The notes under the pieces: model-generated | What the model was told of the DNA's origin: nothing | The model's database searches: none | The model's input: the letters and a program-made list of their open reading frames with translations, nothing else | Shown here: positions 1 to 7,357 of the stretch, piece by piece | Position numbering within the stretch: the first letter of the stretch is position 1 | How the letters are laid out: each line of letters starts with the position of its first letter | Made by a program: the position numbers and the translations under genes | Origin: Vulcanimicrobiota bacterium | Lineage (GTDB): Bacteria > Vulcanimicrobiota > Vulcanimicrobiia > Vulcanimicrobiales > Vulcanimicrobiaceae | DNA: 20,350 nt | Direction: 5' to 3' | NCBI GenBank assembly: GCA_003135555.1 | Contig: PLCF01000017.1 | Span: 1 to 20,350 of the forward strand

Positions 1-876
1 GCGCTGATCAGCGGGATCGGCGTTGCCTCGTTTCACCCCGAAGCGGCGCGGTTCGCAAACTACGTCGCCGGCGCGAAGAAAGCGACCGGGATGCGCTGGT
101 TCGCGGCCGGCGGCAACGTCGGCTTCGCGATCGGCCCGATCTTCGCGACCGCCGTCATCGCCGCGTGGGGTCTGCCTGGAACGCTCGCCGCGTGCATCCC
201 GGTCACCGTCGTCGGCGCCGTCGTCCTGTTCGAGCTGCGGCGCCTGCGCACGTTCATCCCCGCGCACGCGACCTCGCGCAGCGGACAAGGCACCGACGAC
301 TGGACCTCGTTCGCCAAGCTGTCGGCGTTCGTGACCGTGCGCGCGATGGCGTACTTCGGTTTCGTCGCCTTCGTCCCGATCTACGTCGTCGAGGCGCTGC
401 ACGGCTCGCCCGCGACCGGCGACTTGATGCTCACCGGTTTCCTGGTCGCCGGCGTGTTGGGAACGCTCTCCGGCGGTCCGGTCGCCGACCGCTTCGGGCG
501 GCGCACGGTGCTCGTCTGGTCGACGGCGCTGGCCGCCCTGATGACCGGGACGCTCGTCGCGCTCACCCACGGCGGGAACTTGCTCTTGGCGATCCCGCTC
601 CTGCTGGTGACGGGCTTCGTGTTCGTGGCCTCGCAGTCGGCGTTCGTCGTGCTGGGTCAGGAGTATCTGCCCAACCGCATGGGTCTCGCATCGGGCGTGA
701 CGCTGGGGCTCGCGGTATCGATCGGCGGCGCGTTCTCACCGGTCATGGGCGCGATCGCCGACGCGCACGGAATCTCGGCGACGATCCTCGCGGCGGGCGC
801 GCTCTCGGTCGTCGGTGCGCTCATCGCGCTCACGCTGCCCGCCGAACGGCGCAAGCTCGCGGCGAGCGCGCCGTAG
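1..876 (+). CDS. MFS transporter, fosmidomycin-resistance (Fsr) family; 5'-truncated by window edge
   Basis: Frame 1 is open from base 1 (ALISGIGVASFHPEAARFA...GGNVGFAIGP). FHPE and GGNxGxAxGP are typical of Fsr-like MFS proteins. MFS motif A-like 'GPVADRFGRR' and many hydrophobic helices are present. TAG at 874-876. Confidence 0.85.
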   Translation, partial: ALISGIGVASFHPEAARFANYVAGAKKATGMRWFAAGGNVGFAIGPIFATAVIAAWGLPGTLAACIPVTVVGAVVLFELRRLRTFIPAHATSRSGQGTDDWTSFAKLSAFVTVRAMAYFGFVAFVPIYVVEALHGSPATGDLMLTGFLVAGVLGTLSGGPVADRFGRRTVLVWSTALAALMTGTLVALTHGGNLLLAIPLLLVTGFVFVASQSAFVVLGQEYLPNRMGLASGVTLGLAVSIGGAFSPVMGAIADAHGISATILAAGALSVVGALIALTLPAERRKLAASAP

Positions 877-885
877 CGCGCTGCC

Positions 886-1404
886 TCAGCCCAGGCCGGG
901 GAAGCCCAAACGTGCCAGCGCCACGTAGGTAACGATCCCGACTGCGGTCGACAGGTTGATGCTGCGCACCGCTCCTGCGCGCATCGGAATGCGCAGCGCG
1001 CGCGTGGGGTGCGCGTCGAGGAGTGCTTGCGGCAGACCGGCCGTCTCTTTTCCGAACACGAGCGCGTCGCCGCGCGCGAACTCGGCCTTGTCGTAACCGC
1101 GCGCAGCCCGGGTCGACAGCAACCACAAGCGTTGCGGTTCGAAGGTCGCCAAGAACGCCTCGAGCGACGGATGCACCACGACCGCGAGCGCGTCCCAATA
1201 GTCGAGCCCGGCGCGCTTGAGCTCCCGGTCGTCGATTCGAAAGCCGAGCGGCTCGACGAGATGGAGCGCGCAACCGGTCGCCGCGCACAACCGCGCGACG
1301 TTGCCGGTGTTGGGCGGAATCTCGGGCTCGACGAGGACCACGTGGAGCGGCGCGTCGCGCACCGTGTCGAGCGCGACCACGCGTTGGCCCGGCTGGGCCG
1401 TCAT
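886..1404 (-). CDS. trmL: tRNA (cytidine/uridine-2'-O)-methyltransferase TrmL (SPOUT family), 172 aa
   Basis: HVVLVEPEIPPNTGNVARLCAATG, LHLVEPLGF, KRAGLDYW, FGKETAGL, IPM...RSINLS. The ATG (1402-1404) overlaps the upstream TGA (ATGA). The 449-aa ORF in the track is over-extended. Confidence 0.95.
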   Translation of the reverse strand: MTAQPGQRVVALDTVRDAPLHVVLVEPEIPPNTGNVARLCAATGCALHLVEPLGFRIDDRELKRAGLDYWDALAVVVHPSLEAFLATFEPQRLWLLSTRAARGYDKAEFARGDALVFGKETAGLPQALLDAHPTRALRIPMRAGAVRSINLSTAVGIVTYVALARLGFPGLG

Positions 1405-2309
1405 CGCGGGGCGGGTCGCCGCAGCGCGCCGGGCTCCGCGTTGTTCGCCAATGCGACGAGCTCGGGTGTGCGCTCGCGCGGCGCGACCAGATACGCCACG
1501 CCGCCGTGCGTGCGGAACACCAGATCCAATGCGGCGCGCGGATAGCGCGTCGCGACCGCGGGATGCGCCGGGTCGTTGACGACGACGTGTCCGGGTTCGA
1601 CGCCGCGAACGACCAGCAGATGTCCGTCGCTGTGCTCGAGCGGCGCGCCGGGGAGCTGCCCGGCCTGCCAACCGATCGAGATCGCGACGGGCAACCCGGC
1701 CTCGATGAAGGCGGCGACGTGGTCGATGCCGCGCAGGTACGCGACGACGCCGCGCAACCCGCGCGCGCCGGCATAGGCCGCGTTGAAGGCCCAGTTTCCG
1801 GTGCCCCGATAGGCCGAGTCGTAGACGCCGCGCGCGACGGCGGGGACGTCGGCTGCGATGTCGTGATAGCGCAACAGCATGGCCAGCGCCGCCGCCGAGC
1901 ACCAGCCGCGCTCCTCGGGATAGGCGCTCAGATATTGCGACAACTGCGGGACGTCGAGGGTGGGCGTGCGCTCGCGAGCCGCGACGCGCGCATCCGGCGG
2001 CGGCGGGACTGCGACCGCGACCGCGTCGAGCTCGACGGTGCTGGCGACGCCGACCGCCGAGAGCGCGACCTCGCTGCGCAGCACGTCCACCTCGATCCGC
2101 GCCGATCCGCCGGCGCCGTCGAGCGAGCGCCGTTCGCGCGGCGACCAGCGTACGTAGAGCAGCGGTTCGGTGACCGTCGCGTCGCCGTGGTGCGCGACCA
2201 GCGCGATCCCGCCGGAGGGCGCGGCGGTGTTCCACGAAACGACGGCGCGCGTCGAGGGCGGCACCCGCAACAGCGCTTGGTGCCCGGGGCGGTCGATCAG
2301 GCGCAGCAC
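1401..2309 (-). CDS. Peptidase C39-like (papain-fold) cysteine peptidase with N-terminal accessory region, ~302 aa
   Basis: LDVPQLSQY...GWCSAAALAMLL (oxyanion Q, catalytic C), VYD..Y.GTGNWAFN, GHLLVVRG (H), VVVNDPA (D). No signal peptide. The start codon is uncertain. Confidence 0.85.
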   Translation of the reverse strand: MLRLIDRPGHQALLRVPPSTRAVVSWNTAAPSGGIALVAHHGDATVTEPLLYVRWSPRERRSLDGAGGSARIEVDVLRSEVALSAVGVASTVELDAVAVAVPPPPDARVAARERTPTLDVPQLSQYLSAYPEERGWCSAAALAMLLRYHDIAADVPAVARGVYDSAYRGTGNWAFNAAYAGARGLRGVVAYLRGIDHVAAFIEAGLPVAISIGWQAGQLPGAPLEHSDGHLLVVRGVEPGHVVVNDPAHPAVATRYPRAALDLVFRTHGGVAYLVAPRERTPELVALANNAEPGALRRPAPR

Positions 2310-2322
2310 GAGCGCGCCACGA

Positions 2323-3957
2323 TCAGATCGTCCACTCCCAACAGTTCCAGTAGTTCGAGATGTACGACGCGGGCTGCCAGCCTTTGAGGTCGCTGTTCAC
2401 CGCGCTGAACGAGTTCTGCCAATACAGATAGACGACCGGAACCGTCTCGTGAATGCGCACCGCCATGCGCTGGTATAACGCTTTGCGCTTGGCGCGGTCG
2501 AACGTCAAGAGGGCGTCATGGCTTGCTTGGGTCAGGAGCGGGTCGTTCAACCAGGTCGTGTTGGCTCCGTGGGGAGGGATGAACTTCCCGCTCCACAGTC
2601 CCTCGTTGTCCGGATCGGGCGCGTTGGTCGCGATGGTGAACTCGGTATCGAACTTGCCGGTGTAGATCGGGCCCTCACGCGAGAACAGCAAGCTGGGCGG
2701 ATAGTTCTTGATCTCGAGCGTGATCCCCAGACCCTTGAGCTCCTGCTGCATCTGCACTTCGGCTTGGACGTTGGCCGGCTTCGACGGCGTCGTCGAAACC
2801 GAGAAGGTGAGCGGCACGCCGTTTTTCGTGCGCATACCGTCGGCTCCGGCTCGCCAGCCGGCCGCGTCGAGCAGCTGCTTGGAAGCGGAGAGATCGTGCG
2901 GATACGCTGCGATCCCGCTCGGCGCCGCCCAGCTGCTGGGCAAGATGTCGCTGACCGCCCGCACGTTGTAGCCGTGGTAGATCGTCTGGTTGATGCGGTC
3001 CCAGTCGATCCCTTCCGCCACCGCCCGGCGCACCCGTACGTCGGACAGATTCGGCTTGGAGACGTTGAACTCGAGCCGGCGATAGTTTGCGACGAGCTGC
3101 TTGTCGACGTGGTACCCGCGCAGCGTGCCCAGCCGCGGGATCTGCGACTCCGGGATCGACTCGTAGACGTCGACTTCGTGCGTTGCGAGCTCGTTGAACA
3201 GCGTGTCGGCGTTCGGAACGATCTTGTACGTGATCGCTTGCAGGCCGGGCTTGCCGCGCCAGTAGTACGGGTTCGCCGCGAGCTCGATCGAGGCGCCGTG
3301 ATTCCACCGCGTGACGACGAACGGTCCCGATGAGAGCGGGTGCGCGTTGAACGGCGCGCGGTTGAGGTTGGGCAGCTTTGCCAGCAGGTGTGCCGGCAGC
3401 GGCGGATACGCCGCGCCGCCGAAGGCGAAGATGCCCAGCAGTCCGGCGTAGACTTGCTTGAGGTGGATCGTGGCCGTGCGGTTGTCGGGCGAGAGGTCGA
3501 TGCGCGTGATGTCGTCCCAGCCGGTGCGAAGCTTCACGTTGTTCGCCGGGTTCATCGCGGCGTGCCAGGTGAAAACGAAATCGCGGGCGTCGTACGGCTC
3601 GCCGTCCGACCACTTCATCCCCATGCGGAAATGGATGACCACCGTCTTGCCGTCGGTGCTGATCCCGCCGTTCTGCGTGGTCGGAACCTCGGTAGCCGCC
3701 GCCGGCACGAAGTCGCCGTGCGGATCGTACCGGAACAGCGGCTCGTAGATGAGGTTCGCGAGCTGGTCGGTCGCATCTGAGTGCGCGTACATCTCGTTGA
3801 GGCTGTCGGGCTCCTCGCCCGCCGTTCCGATCGTGAGGTGGCCCGGATGCGTCCAAGCATGCCGCCCGCCGTCCGGCGTCTGGGCTCGATCGACTTTCGT
3901 GCAGGCGCCCAGCGCGAGCGCGCACACCGCGAACCAGGCGAGTAACGCCGTCTTCAT
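2323..3957 (-). CDS. ABC transporter peptide-binding lipoprotein (SBP family 5, OppA/DppA-like), 544 aa
   Basis: Lipobox MKTALLAWFAVCALALGA-C. Motifs EPDSLN, IYEPL, KWSDGEPYDARDFVFTW, SSGPF, NPYYWRG, DVRVRRAVAEGID. The ATG at 3955-3957 overlaps the upstream TGA, with GGAGG upstream. Confidence 0.93.
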   Translation of the reverse strand: MKTALLAWFAVCALALGACTKVDRAQTPDGGRHAWTHPGHLTIGTAGEEPDSLNEMYAHSDATDQLANLIYEPLFRYDPHGDFVPAAATEVPTTQNGGISTDGKTVVIHFRMGMKWSDGEPYDARDFVFTWHAAMNPANNVKLRTGWDDITRIDLSPDNRTATIHLKQVYAGLLGIFAFGGAAYPPLPAHLLAKLPNLNRAPFNAHPLSSGPFVVTRWNHGASIELAANPYYWRGKPGLQAITYKIVPNADTLFNELATHEVDVYESIPESQIPRLGTLRGYHVDKQLVANYRRLEFNVSKPNLSDVRVRRAVAEGIDWDRINQTIYHGYNVRAVSDILPSSWAAPSGIAAYPHDLSASKQLLDAAGWRAGADGMRTKNGVPLTFSVSTTPSKPANVQAEVQMQQELKGLGITLEIKNYPPSLLFSREGPIYTGKFDTEFTIATNAPDPDNEGLWSGKFIPPHGANTTWLNDPLLTQASHDALLTFDRAKRKALYQRMAVRIHETVPVVYLYWQNSFSAVNSDLKGWQPASYISNYWNCWEWTI

Positions 3958-4985
3958 CGTGCCCAAACCTCCGAGAGACGGCGGATCTCCGTCCCGAACC
4001 GGTAGCTACGTAGCCCGTCGATCCCCGCCCAGGCCGAGTGGTAGCGCGTGTAGACGTCGGCCGGCCCGCCCCGCCAGGTGCCGTCGGCGCGCTGACTGGC
4101 GACCAGATACGCGATGCCGCGCGCCATGCGCGGGTCGCTGCGCTCGAGCCCGAACGCCGCGAGCGTATCGAGCGCTTCCGCGACGATCTCGGGGTCTCGC
4201 CGCGCCAACCCGGCGGCCAAGCCGCGCTCGAGCAGCGCGACCTCGGCGGGCAGCAACTGCGGCGCGATTCGTTTCGCGCCATACCCGTTCAACGTGTACA
4301 CGACGTGGCTGACCGTAAAGAACGCGTCTTCGAAATCAGGCGGTGAGGTTGGATACGGGCGCAGCTGCGGGAGCCAGCGGATCACGTCACGGTATGACGC
4401 ACCCAATTGGATGCCGTACGCGTCGCCGAAATACGTCACGATCAACGCGGTCGTGTAGACGTCGTAGCGGCTGCGCCGCGTTGCGGGTTTCGGGCATGGG
4501 TCGCATTCCCAAACGGCGGTGGGCGGCCCGGTGCGCGGATCGAAGTCGAGAAAGTCGTCGGCGCTGAACCGCCGCGCGGCCCGGCGCAGCTGCTGCTTGA
4601 AACCGTCGTCCGGCGCGCCCAGCAGATCGGCGACGAACGCCCCCGCCACCAGGTTCGCGATCTGCTCGGCGTCGGCGCCGGGCGGAACGTTGCGATGCTC
4701 GCCCCGCCATGCTTGCGCGCGCTCGCGCGCCATCGCCAATGCCGCAGCCGCCAGTTGCGGATCGCGCGACGTGCGGGCGATCGAGAAGAAGGCCCACAGA
4801 TAGTCGTCGCCGTGCGCGCGGAAATTCGCTCGATCCGACGCTGACCGGTACAAGAACGCGAGCGCGCGCCGGATCGCCGGCGCGACGGCCGAATCGCCAG
4901 GCGCCGCCGGCGGACTTGGCACCGACCCGAACACCGGTAGACACGCCGCGAGCACCACGAGCACCACCAGCCGCAGCCGCTTCAT
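3954..4985 (-). CDS. Secreted hypothetical protein with a prenyltransferase/squalene-cyclase-type QW motif (probable alpha/alpha barrel), 343 aa
   Basis: Signal peptide MKRLRLVVLVVLAACLPVFGS and motif RGIAYLVASQRADGTW. ATGA overlaps at both ends support the start at 4985 rather than 5183. Confidence 0.75.
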   Translation of the reverse strand: MKRLRLVVLVVLAACLPVFGSVPSPPAAPGDSAVAPAIRRALAFLYRSASDRANFRAHGDDYLWAFFSIARTSRDPQLAAAALAMARERAQAWRGEHRNVPPGADAEQIANLVAGAFVADLLGAPDDGFKQQLRRAARRFSADDFLDFDPRTGPPTAVWECDPCPKPATRRSRYDVYTTALIVTYFGDAYGIQLGASYRDVIRWLPQLRPYPTSPPDFEDAFFTVSHVVYTLNGYGAKRIAPQLLPAEVALLERGLAAGLARRDPEIVAEALDTLAAFGLERSDPRMARGIAYLVASQRADGTWRGGPADVYTRYHSAWAGIDGLRSYRFGTEIRRLSEVWAR

Positions 4986-6058
4986 ACGTGCAGAACCGCG
5001 GTCTTCACCAGCGCCGGCGCGATCGCGTCGTAGAGCGCGTGCGGGCCGTTGCGCACGACGTCGTCGCAGGGCAGGCCGGTTTCGGCGCGCGCACGCGCGA
5101 TCTGCGCTTGCGCCTCCCCGTCGTCGCAGTCGCGGGTATTGAGCGCGATCCCCACGACCGGCGCCGGCTTCACCGTCGCACACAGCCCTTCGTAGGTGCG
5201 AATGAGCGCCCGGTACGACAGGATCGGCACGTCGTAGTCCTCGATGGCGGTGCGCGCGACGTTGTGTACGAGAACGAGCGCGTCGGGCGCGCCGCCGTAG
5301 AGCAGCGCCAGCGTGACCGGCGCGAAGGCCGGGTTGTTGATCCCGCCCTGACCTTCGAGGAATAGCAGCTCGCGCGCCCGGCGTTCGCCCTCGAGCACGA
5401 GTTGTTCGGCGGCGCCGGGCGCAAAGTCCGCGACGACCCGGTCGATCGCGGTTCCCCAGCCCGCGATCGCGATCCCGATCTGCCCGGTCGGAACGAATGC
5501 GGCGTCGGCGCCGCGCTCGCGCGCGGCGCGTACCAGCTCCAGCGCGGCGGTCATCTTGCCGACGGCGGCGTCGCTACCGACGGTCAGCACGATCTTCGCC
5601 GTGACGTCCCAGGCCGCGCCGGAGAACAGCGGCGCCGCCGGCGGCAGGCGCAGATCCCAGATGCGCGTATCGTGCTCGCGCGCCAGCGCTGCGAACTCCG
5701 CGTCGTCGTTGAGCATCGTGTGCAGCCCGCTCACGATCTCGAGCCGCGCCAGCAGCGCGGCCCGGATCGCCGCGCGAAAATCGTCGGGCAGCGATCCGCC
5801 GGCCGGTGCGATCCCCACCAGCACCGAGGTCGGCGCGAGATGCAGCGCCGCCTCGAGCGAGCTCACGATCGGCGCGTCGCTGCGCAGATACGGCAGCACG
5901 TCGCGTACGCACCGGCCGGCGAGGTCGGGGTCGACCACCGCGACGACGGTGTCGGCGGAGTACGCGATCACCCCATGCGCCATCTTCGCCGCGCGCGAGG
6001 TGAACGCGTGCGGCGCCAGCACGACGTAGCGCCGCCGCGCGACGGTCGTGGGGCTCAG
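4982..6058 (-). CDS. DUF1611 family protein (DgcN-like; P-loop-type domain)
   Basis: AKMAHGVIAYS, VGIAPAGG, IVSGLH, WDLR, VGSDAAVGKMTAA, TGQIGIAI, DFAPGAAE, EGQGGI, LLYGGAPD. The first canonical start is GTG at 6022, but the conserved-looking RRYVV strand lies upstream, so I place the start at CTG 6058 (see findings). Confidence 0.88.
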   Translation of the reverse strand: MSPTTVARRRYVVLAPHAFTSRAAKMAHGVIAYSADTVVAVVDPDLAGRCVRDVLPYLRSDAPIVSSLEAALHLAPTSVLVGIAPAGGSLPDDFRAAIRAALLARLEIVSGLHTMLNDDAEFAALAREHDTRIWDLRLPPAAPLFSGAAWDVTAKIVLTVGSDAAVGKMTAALELVRAARERGADAAFVPTGQIGIAIAGWGTAIDRVVADFAPGAAEQLVLEGERRARELLFLEGQGGINNPAFAPVTLALLYGGAPDALVLVHNVARTAIEDYDVPILSYRALIRTYEGLCATVKPAPVVGIALNTRDCDDGEAQAQIARARAETGLPCDDVVRNGPHALYDAIAPALVKTAVLHV

Positions 6059-7089
6059 GACAGACTCACTGCGCCGGCTTCACGCACGCCGAGCCCGGGG
6101 CCGTCGGGTAACACGATCTTTCCGCGGTCGTAGGTGATCCCGGAGAACGGATCGCGGGCGGTGAGAAACGGACCGTCGAGATCGGCCCAGTCGACGAGCG
6201 GGCTGAGGTGCGCCGCCGCGGTGGTCAGGATCTGCGACTCGACCATGCAGCCCAGCATGATCCGCAGCCCCAAGGCGCGCGCGGTGTGGATCATCTCGAG
6301 CGCGCCGCGGATCCCGCCGCACTTCACCAGCTTGACGTTGATCCCGTCGACGCAGCCGCGCAACGCGGGGAGATCGGACGCGTCCTTGGAGTCCTCGTCG
6401 GTGACGATCGGAATCGGCGAGCGTTCGCGGATCCAGCGCAGCTGCTCCGGCGTGCCCGCCGGGATCGGCTGCTCGCAGAACTCGATCTCGAAGCGCGCCA
6501 TCTCCCCGAGCAGCTCCACCGCTTGATGCGCCGTCCAGCCTTCGTTGGCGTCGACGCGGATCGTGCCGGTGTAGATCGACCGGATCGCCTCGAGCGTCTC
6601 GAGCTCCGCACCCTTGCCGAGCTTCACCTTGATGATCGGGTGCGTCCCGACCTCGCGCACCTTTTCGAGCGTCTCGTCGATGCCGGCGATGCCGATGGTG
6701 AACGAGGTGTGCGGCGTACGCGCGGGATCGAGCCCCAACAAACGCCACAGCGGCCGCGCGACGTCCTTGCCGATGAGGTCGTGCAACGCGATGTCGAGCC
6801 CGCACTTCTGCGCCGGCGCCAGCCCGTCGAGCAACCGCTCGAGCGCGTACGGATCGTCGCCGAGATCGCGCGCGCGCAATCCGGCGCCCACGCTGTCGAC
6901 GCTCTCGTCGTAGCGCGCGATCGGCGCGCTCTCCCCCAGCCCTTCCAGACCGTTCCAACGCAAGCGCACCACCACGGTATGGGCGACCGATTCCGACGAT
7001 CGCGCGATCGTGAAGGTGTGCTTGAGCGGAAGCTCGAGCGGGTCGAGCTCGAGCTGGATCGGCGTCACGCCCGGGCGTTCCGCGGCCAC
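6055..7089 (-). CDS. Enolase-superfamily dipeptide epimerase (L-Ala-D/L-Glu epimerase / DgcA-like racemase)
   Basis: LPLKHTFTIAR, GLGE, KVKLG (KxK), RVDANEGW, EQP, DED, NVKLVKCGG, GCMVES, DLDG. An alternative in-frame GTG start lies at 7068. Confidence 0.92.
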   Translation of the reverse strand: MAAERPGVTPIQLELDPLELPLKHTFTIARSSESVAHTVVVRLRWNGLEGLGESAPIARYDESVDSVGAGLRARDLGDDPYALERLLDGLAPAQKCGLDIALHDLIGKDVARPLWRLLGLDPARTPHTSFTIGIAGIDETLEKVREVGTHPIIKVKLGKGAELETLEAIRSIYTGTIRVDANEGWTAHQAVELLGEMARFEIEFCEQPIPAGTPEQLRWIRERSPIPIVTDEDSKDASDLPALRGCVDGINVKLVKCGGIRGALEMIHTARALGLRIMLGCMVESQILTTAAAHLSPLVDWADLDGPFLTARDPFSGITYDRGKIVLPDGPGLGVREAGAVSLS

Positions 7090-7145
7090 CCGACGCCGCC
7101 TTCACCGTCCACGCTGGGCTCTGTCGAAGGGGTTGACGCCGGGTA

Positions 7146-7152
7146 TACGATA
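7146..7152. promoter_or_regulatory. Overlapping divergent -10 hexamers (TACGAT on +, TATCGT on -)
   Basis: AT-rich island between the divergent epimerase and 6S RNA genes. Both hexamers fit TAnnnT, and the + strand one lies ~7 nt before the predicted RNA 5' end. No well-spaced consensus -35. Confidence 0.45.
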
Positions 7153-7157
7153 CAGCA

Positions 7158-7341
7158 GCGACGACTGCGGCGGCGCGCGTAGGCGCCATGGTGGTTGGCC
7201 AACGTCGAAACCAAGGGAGCATCAGCTCCGGATACGACCGGTTGTCCGATCCTTCACCGGACTGGACACTGGGCGCCCGGGCCGCACCCACCTGCCACAG
7301 GCAGGTCTTCAACCAGGTTCCAGACGGCCGCTGCGGTCGCG
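7158..7341 (+). ncRNA. ssrS: 6S RNA (SsrS), ~180 nt
   Basis: 13-bp terminal stem 7162-7174/7327-7339 (two G-U pairs). UGGUU(7192-7196)/AACCA(7311-7315) pair. GGGAGC(7215-7220)/GCACCC(7284-7289) flank the apical rod. A perfect ACCUGCC-aca-GGCAGGU hairpin (7290-7306) lies in the 3' bubble. GGGAGC...GCACCCACCUGC...ACGGC matches my recollection of Bacillus-type 6S RNA. Ends are approximate. Confidence 0.88.
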
Positions 7342-7357
7342 TACCCTTCCCTCAGTT

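Noticed and set aside
3954..4985. Squalene-hopene cyclase
   Set aside because: It is about half the expected length, has a signal peptide, has only one clear QW repeat and lacks DxDD.
1401..7089. RiPP/bacteriocin cluster (C39 peptidase + epimerase + barrel protein)
   Set aside because: There is no precursor peptide, no exporter and no radical-SAM, YcaO or Lan motifs. The epimerase is a small-molecule enolase-family enzyme.
7133..7138. TTGACG as the -35 of the 6S promoter
   Set aside because: It is only 7 nt from TACGAT, and no -10-like hexamer lies at 16-18 nt spacing.
7158..7341. Alternative identity as SRP RNA, tRNA or riboswitch
   Set aside because: There is no SRP helix-8 GGAA/AGCAG motif and no cloverleaf or TTCGA arm. 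There is also no downstream same-strand gene for a riboswitch to control.
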